The notes beneath the pieces were generated by a model that saw only the letters and a list, made by a program, of their open reading frames with translations, searched no databases and was not told the DNA's origin. A DNA stretch of 64,000 nt from Dictyostelium discoideum. Its lineage: Eukaryota. The stretch is from positions 192,001 through 256,000 of the forward strand of contig CM000151.3 in assembly GCA_000004695.1 (NCBI GenBank), read 5' to 3'. Below are positions 45,818 to 56,589 of the stretch, piece by piece. The position numbers and the translations under genes were made by a program. Position 1 is the first letter of the stretch. Every line of letters begins with the position of its first letter.

Positions 45818-46738
45818 CTCATCGTTAAACAAGATCAAAAATATTGTTAAATATGTACAATTTAAAAACAATAGTAAGTAACTGAAAGGAATTTTTTTTT
45901 TTTTATTGTTATTGTTTTTTTTTAAATATAAATATGGAATATTATACCCCCCACTCACCAATAAACAAATAAAAAAAATTATTATTATTTTAAAATTATA
46001 CAAATATACACATGTGGGGTAAAATAACAATTCAAAAAAAACACACACAAACAAACCATTTTTTCATTTTTTATTATTATTTTTTTTTTTTATTTTTTTA
46101 ATTTATTTTTTTATTTTTTATTTTTTTTATTTCTTTTTTTAAATTTATTTATTTTTGAAACTCAATACGATACTATTTGATTTCACATAATAAAATTTTA
46201 TTTATTCAATTAATTTTTTTAAAATAAATAGTTTTTTTTTTTTTGGTTATTTTGGTTTTTTTTTGGTTTTTTTTTTCCAATTTCAAGATTAATAAATTAA
46301 ATTATTTAATTTAGAAAATACTACTTTGATATTTTACAATACTATTAAAATTAATTTTAATTTAGTAATTTTAAAATATTAAATTAATATTTTTAAAAAA
46401 AAAAAAAAATAATCCCTAAAAAATTCATTATTTATATATTTATTTATTTATTTATTTTTCATTTTATTTATTTCCAATTACTTTTTATAAAAAATTTTAA
46501 ATACAATAAAATTAATAAGAACAAACAAAAACAGGAAAAAGTAATAATAAAATTATTTTTACATATAAAATAATAAATTATGTAGGTATATATATTTATA
46601 TAATTTAAATACTATTAAAAAATTTTTATTGTAAAAATTTTAAATTATATCTTATTTAATGGTCAATAATATGTTTCAATACTAGTTAATTAATTTTTTA
46701 TAAAAATTTGGAATTAAAAAAAAAAAAAAAAAATTTTA

Positions 46739-46785
<47 letters not shown>

Positions 46786-47131
46786 TTGTTTTTGATATTA
46801 ATCAAATTAAATTTATTCATATTATCGAAATCCTATTTTTAATAAAAATAAAAAAAATCAATAGTAGATTGTTTTTAAAATTTACAAATTAAAATTGATG
46901 CAATTATAATAATAATTATAACAATAATAGTTTATATTCCAAACATTTATTTTATTTTTATTATTTTATTTTTTTAAAATTTTTAAATTTTTATTTATTT
47001 AAAAGAAAAAATAAAAATACTGTTTTTTCTTTGTTTGTGTTCTTATTCATATGTATTATCATTATTTTATTTTATTTTTTTTTTTTTTATTTTTTTACTA
47101 AAGATATTGTTATAAAAATCAATCTTAAAAT

Positions 47132-47171
<40 letters not shown>

Positions 47172-47219
47172 GAAACCAAATCAAACAATATTTTCTCTCC
47201 CTATCTTTATTCCAAACCC

Positions 47220-47340
47220 AACATCATCAATTTATGACACACACTCACATATATACACTCTATATAACCCCTCACTCACACACAAAATTTTACACACACA
47301 CATACACACACACCCTCTCTAAGTGAGAGAGAATATACTT
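47220..47340. promoter_or_regulatory. CA-rich island (CAE-like)
   Basis: The sequence gacacacactcacatatatacactctatataacccctcactcacacacaaaattttacacacacacatacacacacaccctctctaagtgagagagaa, seen directly. Confidence 0.25.
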
Positions 47341-47834
47341 ATTTATACATATTCAAAACACAAAAACACATTTACTACCTATATATATCCAATTTAATTT
47401 ATATTAGCACATTTAAAAATATATTTAAAACATATTAATTAATAATAATTTAAAATTATTTATTTATTTTTTTATTTTTATGGAATTAAATAAAAAAATA
47501 ATAATAATTTTAATCATTAAATATTTAAATTAATTATTAAATTTCCAAACTAATCATTAATTGATTAAGCTATCATCAGTTAAATAAAAAAAATAATATT
47601 AATAATAAAAATAATAATAATAAAATTAATTTTTTTTTTTTATATAAAATTATAAATAAAATAAAATTATAATAAAATAATTTAAACTATTAATTTAAAG
47701 AAATTGTTTTTTTTTTTTTTTACATTTACAATTTATCTTTAACCTTATAAAAAAAAAACTTTTAAACTAATTATTATTGGTTTTTATTAATAGCTCAACA
47801 GGGTAAAAATTGTATTTCATTTTTTTACTATTTT

Positions 47835-47868
<34 letters not shown>

Positions 47869-48315
47869 GTTTGAACTTAAAGTTCATTGTTTGATATACA
47901 TATATATCATAGAGTTTTTTTTTTTTTTTTTTTTTTTTTGTGTAATTTTTGGTATTAGTATTTTCATTTGTTTTATATTATTTTTTTGAAAAAAATAAAA
48001 TAAAAAAAAAAATTGATCACAATAAAAAATTATAATTTTTTATTTAAAAAAAACATTATAATTTTATTTATTTATTAATTTTTTTCTATTGATTTTTTTT
48101 TTTTTTTTATTAAAACTTTTTTATTTATTTATTATTTATTTTTTATTTCAAGTTTGTTGTTTTATTTTTATTTTATTTTTTTAATTTATAAAGTATAAAA
48201 TATTAACCCTTAAAATAAATTGAAATAACAATAATAAAAAAAAAAAAAAAAAAAAAAAAAAACTTGATTTTTAGTTTAAAGAATTTCACACATAATCAAC
48301 AACTCTAGATTTGAA

Positions 48316-48373
<58 letters not shown>

Positions 48374-49164
48374 AAATAAATATTTAATAATCTCCAAAAA
48401 TACATCCTCACCCAAATTCCCATCATTTATTTAAAAAAAAAAAGATTAACGCATCCATTCAAAAAAAAATAATTAAATATTTGCCCACTACTTCGTTTTG
48501 ATTCTATTTTTAAAAAAATAACAGAAAAAAAAAAAAAAACACCACCACAACACAAACGAGCTCGTGAAAAAACACTCATACTCACACAAATTTTATAAAA
48601 CACAAAAAAAAAAAAAAAAATTAAATTTAAAATAATTAAAAAAATAAATAACAAAAATAACAAAAATAACAATAATTTTCTTCATTTTAAAATAATAATT
48701 ATATTCAATAACAAAAAAAAAATTATAATATAATATAAACATATTGACATTTTTTGATTAAAATCAAATTTGCTTATTCATTTTTAATTATTTTTTAAAT
48801 CAAAAAAAAAATCAAAAAAAAAAAAATTCAAAAAAAAAAAAAAAAATTAAATTAAAAAAAAAAAAAATATAAAAAAAAAAAAAAAAAAGAATTTTTTTTT
48901 TTAAAATTTTATTTTATTTTACATTTATCGCAAGGTGTGCTAATTTTTTTTTTACACTTTAAAATTATTTTATTTTTTTTTTTTTTTAAAAAAAAATAAA
49001 CATAAATCAAATATAAAAAAACTATCAACAAATATCAAATAAAACAAAAGTCAAGACATACAATTTGTGTATGAAAAAATAAAAAAATAAAAAATAGAAA
49101 ATAAAAAAATAAACTATTCAATTAGAAATATATATATATATAAAAACATTTAAAAAATAATAAA

Positions 49165-51803
49165 ATGATATCAATGGACTCAACCCCAACATTGAATTTT
49201 GAAACATCAGGTAAATATTATTATTTATTATTATTATTTATTATTTATTATTTATTATTTATTATTTATTATTTAAAATAGTAATAACAAAACAATAATA
49301 ATAGTGATAATAAAAAAAAAAAAAATAAAAAAAAATAAAAAAAAATAAAAAAAAAATAATCTTTCGTTTCGTTTTTTTTTTTTTTTTTTTTTTTTTTTTG
49401 GTTGATTAAGTGAAAAAATAACAATAATAAAAAAATAAAAAAAATAAAAAATAAATAAATTAAATTATAAATTAAATTATTAATTAAAAAAATTTTTTTT
49501 TTTTTTTTTTTATTATATTAAAAAAAATAATAATAATAATAAAAAAAAAAGATAATCTGGATGGATTACCGGATGGATCAAATGCATTTAAAATAAATAT
49601 AGATGATTTGGAATTTGGACAAGAAATTGGTAAAGGTGCATATGGTAAAATTTTTAAAGGTGAATATTTTGGAACACCAGTTGCAATTAAAGAGATATCA
49701 TTACAACCAAACGATGTGAAATATAAAGATTTAACCAAATTTATACAGAGAGAAGTAGCAATGTTAAGATTTAGTCATCCAAATTTAGTTCAATTCATTG
49801 GAGTATCGGAAAGAGGATCCAGTCTATACATTGTTACAGAGTTTGTACAGGGTGGTGATTTAGCTTATTATTTATTTAGAAATAAATTTGATGACACTCC
49901 AGAACAGTATATACACAGAAAAGTGAATGTCGGAAGTAGCTCAACACCCGACCTATCGGACCCGACCGTTCACAACGGCGAGAAGTTGGTGCAGTTGGCA
50001 TGGCCGTTGCGTATAAAGATAGCCTATGACGTTGCCTGCGCAATGGCGTATCTCCACTCGAGGAATGTGATACACCGTGATTTGAAATCCACAAATTTAT
50101 TAGTTGGCGACAATTGGAGAATCAAAGTTTGTGATATGGGATTCGCCAGAACTGCACAGGTCGGCGGAGGGTCAAGAGCAAAGCGAACAATGACCATCTG
50201 CGGAACCACAAATTGCATGGCGCCAGAGGTCGTGCTCGGCCAAGATTATAATGAGGCGTGCGATGTCTTCTCCTATGGTATTGTGCTATCGGAGATTATC
50301 ACTCGTATGGATACAACAAATAATCTTAGACCTTCGTCTTTAAAGTACGGTTTGGATGTCGATGTCTTATTACCATTGGTTCCAAAAGATTGTCCACCAC
50401 CATTTTTAAAATTGGTTCTAGATTGCACTGAATATGATCCAGACAATAGACCTACCTTTAAAGAAATCACAGAACGTTTAAAAAGTTTAACTAAAAAATT
50501 ATCAACACCTCACATTTTACCACCTTTAAGAGTTTTAGCACAATCACCATTAACATCACCAATTCAATCACCAATTTCAACTAAAAATCAATTTAATCCA
50601 AATTTATTTAAATCAATTGTACATAATAATCATAATCATAGTAGTAGTAGTAATAATAGTAGCGGATATAATAATAATAGTAATCATAATATAAATATAA
50701 CAGTAAATAGCATAAATATAAATAGTAGTAATATAAATAATAATAATAATAATAATAATATAAATAATAATAATAATAATAATAATAATATTAGTTTTTC
50801 AGGAAGACAAGAAGAGTTAATGTCACCAATATCAATGGGAGATGAAAGTGATTTAGATTCCGATGATGAGGATGATTCTTATACTTCTTCAGCTTCTTCA
50901 AGTAGATGTAATTCAAGAAACGGTAAAATTATAAATGGAGGAAAACAAATGGGTTATATAATAAAACATCATTATAGTAGTGATTTGGAATCATCGCCTA
51001 ATGGTAATAATATTAATAACAACAACAATAACAATAATAACAACAACAACAACAACAACAATAATAATAATAATAATAATAATAGCGGCAATAATGGAAT
51101 TTGTATAAATAGTTTAAGTTTAGGAGTATCGTCATCACCAATTCAAATTGGATTATCATCAAAATCACCAACACCACCATCAATGTCACCACCAACTTCT
51201 GTAAAATCTTATCATCCAAATAATAATAATAATAATATCAATATCAACAACACCAACACCAACATCAACAATAATAAAATTTCATCATCACCACCAGTTA
51301 AAAATTCACCAAAATCAAATAGATTTTCAAATGGATCATTAAAACAACAATTTCAACAATATCAACAACAACAACAACAATTATTTTTAAATATTAATGA
51401 AGATGATAAAGAATTGGAGGAATTATCAAAATCAATTGATGATACTTTTAGATTACATTTTTCACCTTTAAATATTTCACCAACTCAAAATAATAATAAC
51501 AATAATAACAATAGCAATAATAACAATGGTAATGTTAATCATAATCATCATCATTTAAATCAACATAGTCATATTAATGGTCATTTAATATCACCAACAA
51601 TTATATCTTCATCATCAACAACTTCTTCATCAACTTCAACACCTTCTTTAGTTAGTTTAACTTCATCTAGGGATCACCATCATCATCACATATCTGTAAC
51701 CTCTTCTCCAACTAATATCAAACCATTATCTTCTTCAATTGCCTCAAATTCTTCAGTCTTCACTCCGTTAGGTAGTGGATTAACAAGAACTGTACAAAGT
51801 TAA
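49165..51803 (+). CDS. Protein kinase, TKL-like (tyrosine-kinase-like Ser/Thr family), with a long N/S/H-rich C-terminal tail; 2 exons (49165-49210, 49550-51803)
   Basis: Exon 1 reads MISMDSTPTLNFETS and ends at g|gtaaat. Exon 2 begins after aaaag and joins in phase. Kinase motifs include GKGAYGKIF, VAIKE, HRDLKSTNLLV, DMGFAR and CGTTNCMAPEV. The tail has poly-N, poly-H and S/T runs. The gene ends at TAA 51801-51803. Confidence 0.85.
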
Positions 51804-51818
51804 CTTCATGAAAAATAA

Positions 51819-51855
<37 letters not shown>

Positions 51856-52298
51856 CTATTTAAAAAAATTAATAATAAAAAAAAATAAAATAAAATAAAA
51901 AAAAAAAAAATAATAATAAAAAAATAAAATACAATGAAATAAAAACAAATATTTATTTATTTCAACATATAATATTTATTTATTTATTTTTACATTTTCT
52001 TTTTTTTTTTTTTTTACTTTATTTTTTTTTTTTTTTGTAATTATGATACCATTTCTTTAAAATTAAAAAATTATATCCCATTTACAATATTTTTAGAATA
52101 TTAAAAGACACACAAAATGACGATCATCACAAAATATTTTTTTTTTTTTTTTATTCCAAAACATAATTTTAAATTTCTTGTTTAATAAAGAAAAATTAGA
52201 ATTTATTATTATAATATTTTATATAATTATTTTATGGGGAAGAAAGAAATAAAAATTCGAAATCTTAATAGTATCTTCAGAAAATTATAAAAATTCAA

Positions 52299-52384
52299 TG
52301 AACCGATCACAATGATCATGAATTGATTTTTTTATTTTTTTTTATTTTTTTTATTTTTTTTTTTTTGAAAAAGCTAAAAATATC
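52299..52384. promoter_or_regulatory. Conserved upstream cassette of paralog A: GAACCGATCACAATGATCA ... GAAAAAGCTAAAAATATC(T)n
   Basis: The two blocks lie about 215 and 130 bp upstream of ATG 52515. The same blocks sit at the same spacing upstream of paralogs B and C. Confidence 0.5.
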
Positions 52385-52470
52385 TTTTTTTTTTTTTTTT
52401 TAAGTAAATAATAAATTTATTTATTTTTTTTATTATGATGGTCAAAAAAAAAAAAAAAAAACAATTGACA

Positions 52471-52505
<35 letters not shown>

Positions 52506-52514
52506 ATAATAAAA

Positions 52515-55500
52515 ATGAAAATAAAATTTATAAATTATTTATTATTATTTTTTATTATTTTTTTAAATTATAATGGATTTGTAAAATCAGATTGTTATCA
52601 AGAACTCGATTTGGTTTTATCTAATTCTTGTAGAAATGGCCCATCAAAATTAGTTATTCATGAAAGTATTTATTCTTTTGAAAGTATTGAATTGACTCCA
52701 TTTGTTCAACCAAAATTACTAAATTATTATTCTTGGGATTTACAAGATGGAATTAATTATTTCATAAGTTACAGATACAAGAATTGTAGTAATATAATTT
52801 CTAAACCATTTGCTTCAAAAGGAATGTATTATAAACTTTTAGCGGAACCATTATGTTTAAATACATATATTCCAGTTAGAGTTTATAATTGGGGTGCAGG
52901 TGGTATAGAATATAATTTTTATAGTGTTCCATCAACGATTTGGGTTAATTCACAAAATGGTTTATGTAGTTTCCAATCACCAATTTCTCCACAAAGTTAC
53001 ACAAAAGGTGTATTAAATGATGGTGCACTCAAATTCGTTGGACCAACATGTGGTTTTAAAAATGGTACGATTACAATTGATTTAACCAAAGGTTATTCAA
53101 ATTATCATTTATTCCTTCAATCAGATTACCTTTTTGATAATGAAATTCAACCATCTTCAGAAGGTTTTTACAATGGATTGGAATCTGAAAATTACTCCCT
53201 TTTCGTTGATTCTGAACAGTGTGCTACTGAAAGAATTGAAATTTACATGAAGGATGTTTTCGCTCCATTGGAAATTGATTTTGAGAATGTTCCAGACTTA
53301 TTCCATAATTCAACAATTTCACTATCATTATCAAGTGGTAATAATGGAATTTTAAATAACACAAATATAAATGCTTTTGTAATACAATCAGAACGTTTAC
53401 TTACAGATTGGAACCATGTCCAAACCCAAATTACTTCAAATACTTATTATGGGTACGCTTATAATAAAGACTTTTCAACGGAAGCAGGTCAGACAAAATG
53501 TGTATATTCTGAAACACTTTTATTTGATAATTATTCCCCAAATTTCAATTTCACAATTTCAAAAAGTGAAAGTTGTTTAGAAAATGTTTCAATTACATTC
53601 TATCCATTACCAAATCAAAATATTAAAGTTTATGATTATAGCTCAGAGTCTGGTATTCCATTCTCAATGAAGGATAACGTTTTATCAGTTGAAAATAATT
53701 TAAATTTATGGATTTTTGATACCAATCAAAATTATGGTATTGTTCATTCAACTGTTTTTGATATACCATCTTATAAAATTATTGAAACTTCAAATGGAAT
53801 TGGATGTTGGAAAACTTATAATATTACAATTGTAAATTATGAAAATTATAAAAATCTAAGAATTCATTTTTATAATGAAAATAGTGAATTTAATTTTTAT
53901 CCAGTAGAAGGTGTATTTATAAATGTACCTGCATTGTATTACTATGTTACTTATAATGCTGGTGATTGTGAAACTGAATCATACTTTGTAATTGATAAAC
54001 TTGATAGAAATACTCCAATGGATAATGTAGTTTTGGAATTCAACACATTGGAAATTGGTAATTGTACACATGAAACTTCATTCATGGTGACTGTGAAATC
54101 AGTATTCGGTAGCTATTCAAAAACTATGCAAACATTCTATGATAAAGAATTTACTATATTCCTTCCAAATTGTTCATGTCAGATTAATGGCATTTACGTA
54201 GCACCCCGCTTAATTGATGGTGATTCACTTATTTATGAATTATTAACAGATCCAAATTGTAATTCTACTGATACTTTAATTAGATTTACTTCTCCTTCCC
54301 AAGATTATTCAATATCATCTGTATATCAAAATGGTGTTCAATTGCAATATTATAACAATTTAAATGGTTATTATATTAGTTCAGGTGAAAATAATATTAC
54401 AGTTAATTATGAAGGTGATCAATATTGTTATAGAACTGAAACAATAACTATTCAATCAGTTTATGAAGTACCATTGGTCCAAATTACACCAGTTTCAGAT
54501 TGTAGAAATCCAAATGGAAAAATTGAAATTTCAAATTTCCAAATTTTCTATAACTTAGAGCTTGTATTTAATTCAAATAGTAAACCAATTAATCAAGGCT
54601 TTATTGAGAATCTTGCATCCGGTACATATACAATTAATTATTACAGCAATCAAACATGTATAAATTCTATCACTGTTTATGTACCATCTTCAGAAAATGT
54701 AGCAGAAATTACAACATCAGTAATTAGCAATCCAACTTGTGATAATGGTCCTTTCTCTGATGGTATGATCAGAGTAGCTCTTAAATATGAAGGTAATCAA
54801 ATTAATAATTTCACAATCCAAAATCAAGATGCAGAATTTACCTACCTTAATGATGGTGTTTACCCAATAGCAGGTGTTGGTGTAAATAGTTTAACAATTT
54901 CATATCTTTCTTGTATATGGAAAAGAGATATTACAACAGTACTCAATAAGCCAAGCTTTACTCTGGAAAAAGTTTTTAATGATACTTGTGATCTACAAAG
55001 TGTTTATAAATTAGTATCAAGTAATCCAAATATTGAAATCGATTATATTGATTCATCAAATGGCTTTTCTTACCTAAATAACTATTATCTAGTATTTCAA
55101 AATAGTGGCGATTTTGGTTATTATGTGGCTTGGAATTCACGTTGCTATGAATATTACACTCAACAAATTATAATGGATAATTATGATAGGGATAGTAATG
55201 TTAAATATATAGATTATGAAATTGTAAAACCAGATAATTGTAATTCATTAAAAATCGATTTAATCATTACAAATATGAACAAATTCATTAGTTTAACCAT
55301 TGAAAATAAACTTCCAACACCAATTAATTCGACCCATTCAATTTTCAAAAATTTACCACCATCAAAAAGTTATGACATTTTATACACATTATTAAATGGT
55401 TGTGTCGCGTATCAAACTGTTGGTATAGATGAATTCAAATCTGGTTTTACTAAAGAAACAATAGATATCATTAAAACAAGTGATATTTGTTACTCTGGTA

Positions 55501-56096
55501 AAGCTTCAATACAATTATCAAATTTGGATTTTGATAATTATTATTATTATATTAAAAATTCAAATAGTTTAATGGGAGTTACTGATTCATACGATTCAAT
55601 TCAACCACAGCAAAGTGGTAATATTAATGGTACAATTTTACTTTCAAATTATAATCCTGGTAGTTATAAAATTTATCGTGGTTGTAAATCAATGGCAAAC
55701 TGTTATTTAGAAACAAATGTTGTTATTGAAAGTGAAGATCCAATAATTGAATCAATTTCAGTTACTGATTCATATGATAAATTAAATAATGGCACTGTTG
55801 AAATTAAATTGAATTATAATTCACCATATCCAATTAATTTTAAAATCATTGGTACTCAATTATCAAATCAAAATGGTAAATTTGGAAATTTAACACCAAA
55901 AACATACGAAGTTCAAGTTACATTAACTGATAGAATGTGTCCAGTCACTTTATCAAAATCATTTACAATTAATTTAAAAACATCACCACCAACACCATCA
56001 CCACAAGATCCATCTGATGAACTTTCAACATCCTCATTTGTTCAAGTAAATCTTTTATTCTTATCAATCTTAATTTTCACTATTTTTATTTTTTAA
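52515..56096 (+). CDS. Large secreted surface protein of about 1193 aa, Cys-patterned, N-glycosylation-rich, putatively GPI-anchored; family unassigned; paralog A
   Basis: The gene is a single exon. A signal peptide MKIKFINYLLLFFIIFLNYNGFVKS opens it. More than 60 NxS/T sequons are present. A Cys-NG-x-I module recurs, for example GPTCGFKNGTITIDLT, VSDCRNPNGKIEISNF, SNPTCDNGPFSDGMIRV and SDICYSGKASIQLSNL. The C-terminus SPPTPSPQDPSDELSTSS plus the hydrophobic tail FVQVNLLFLSILIFTIFIF looks like a GPI-attachment signal. Confidence 0.8.
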   Translation: MKIKFINYLLLFFIIFLNYNGFVKSDCYQELDLVLSNSCRNGPSKLVIHESIYSFESIELTPFVQPKLLNYYSWDLQDGINYFISYRYKNCSNIISKPFASKGMYYKLLAEPLCLNTYIPVRVYNWGAGGIEYNFYSVPSTIWVNSQNGLCSFQSPISPQSYTKGVLNDGALKFVGPTCGFKNGTITIDLTKGYSNYHLFLQSDYLFDNEIQPSSEGFYNGLESENYSLFVDSEQCATERIEIYMKDVFAPLEIDFENVPDLFHNSTISLSLSSGNNGILNNTNINAFVIQSERLLTDWNHVQTQITSNTYYGYAYNKDFSTEAGQTKCVYSETLLFDNYSPNFNFTISKSESCLENVSITFYPLPNQNIKVYDYSSESGIPFSMKDNVLSVENNLNLWIFDTNQNYGIVHSTVFDIPSYKIIETSNGIGCWKTYNITIVNYENYKNLRIHFYNENSEFNFYPVEGVFINVPALYYYVTYNAGDCETESYFVIDKLDRNTPMDNVVLEFNTLEIGNCTHETSFMVTVKSVFGSYSKTMQTFYDKEFTIFLPNCSCQINGIYVAPRLIDGDSLIYELLTDPNCNSTDTLIRFTSPSQDYSISSVYQNGVQLQYYNNLNGYYISSGENNITVNYEGDQYCYRTETITIQSVYEVPLVQITPVSDCRNPNGKIEISNFQIFYNLELVFNSNSKPINQGFIENLASGTYTINYYSNQTCINSITVYVPSSENVAEITTSVISNPTCDNGPFSDGMIRVALKYEGNQINNFTIQNQDAEFTYLNDGVYPIAGVGVNSLTISYLSCIWKRDITTVLNKPSFTLEKVFNDTCDLQSVYKLVSSNPNIEIDYIDSSNGFSYLNNYYLVFQNSGDFGYYVAWNSRCYEYYTQQIIMDNYDRDSNVKYIDYEIVKPDNCNSLKIDLIITNMNKFISLTIENKLPTPINSTHSIFKNLPPSKSYDILYTLLNGCVAYQTVGIDEFKSGFTKETIDIIKTSDICYSGKASIQLSNLDFDNYYYYIKNSNSLMGVTDSYDSIQPQQSGNINGTILLSNYNPGSYKIYRGCKSMANCYLETNVVIESEDPIIESISVTDSYDKLNNGTVEIKLNYNSPYPINFKIIGTQLSNQNGKFGNLTPKTYEVQVTLTDRMCPVTLSKSFTINLKTSPPTPSPQDPSDELSTSSFVQVNLLFLSILIFTIFIF

Positions 56097-56199
56097 ACTT
56101 AGAAAAAATATAAAATACAAATAAAAAATAATGATTCAAGTGTTTGCAAGGAGTTTTCTTATTTTTTTTCTTTGTAGTTTATTCTGTGATTATGTATGG

Positions 56200-56233
<34 letters not shown>

Positions 56234-56362
56234 AGGATGATTTCCTTTTTTTTTTTTTTTTTTTTTGTAAATTGGTATTTTATTTATAAAATAGAATTTT
56301 TTATTATGATAATCAATTAAATTATTTTATGGGCAAGAAAAACAAATTAAAAAAAATTCACT

Positions 56363-56425
56363 GAACCGATCACAATGATCACAACCGTTTTTTTTTTTTT
56401 TTTTTTTCGAAAAGCTAAAAATATC
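56363..56425. promoter_or_regulatory. Conserved upstream cassette of paralog B
   Basis: CTGAACCGATCACAATGATCA ... CGAAAAGCTAAAAATATC(T)n, with the same spacing as in paralog A. Confidence 0.5.
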
Positions 56426-56589
56426 TTTTTTTTTTTTAATTTAATTTAATTTTATTTTATTTTATTTTATTTTATTTTTTTTTTTTTTTCAAACCAATCA
56501 AAAAAAAAAAAAAAAAAAAAAAAAACCTTAAAATAATTTTTTTTTTTTTTTTATAAAAAATTTTTAATAATAATATTAATAATAAAAAG

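Noticed and set aside
49876-50470. Three minus-strand ORFs of 64-72 aa
   Set aside because: They are antisense to the GC-rich kinase core. They are a consequence of stop-codon depletion in that island, not genes.
52235-52241. TTATGGG (CCCATAA on the minus strand), resembling the upstream sequence element of small ncRNA genes; it also occurs at 56331-56337
   Set aside because: The roughly 60-150 nt downstream on the minus strand are not conserved between the two occurrences, and no class-I-like RNA motif follows. It is more likely part of the duplicated promoter region of the surface-protein paralogs.
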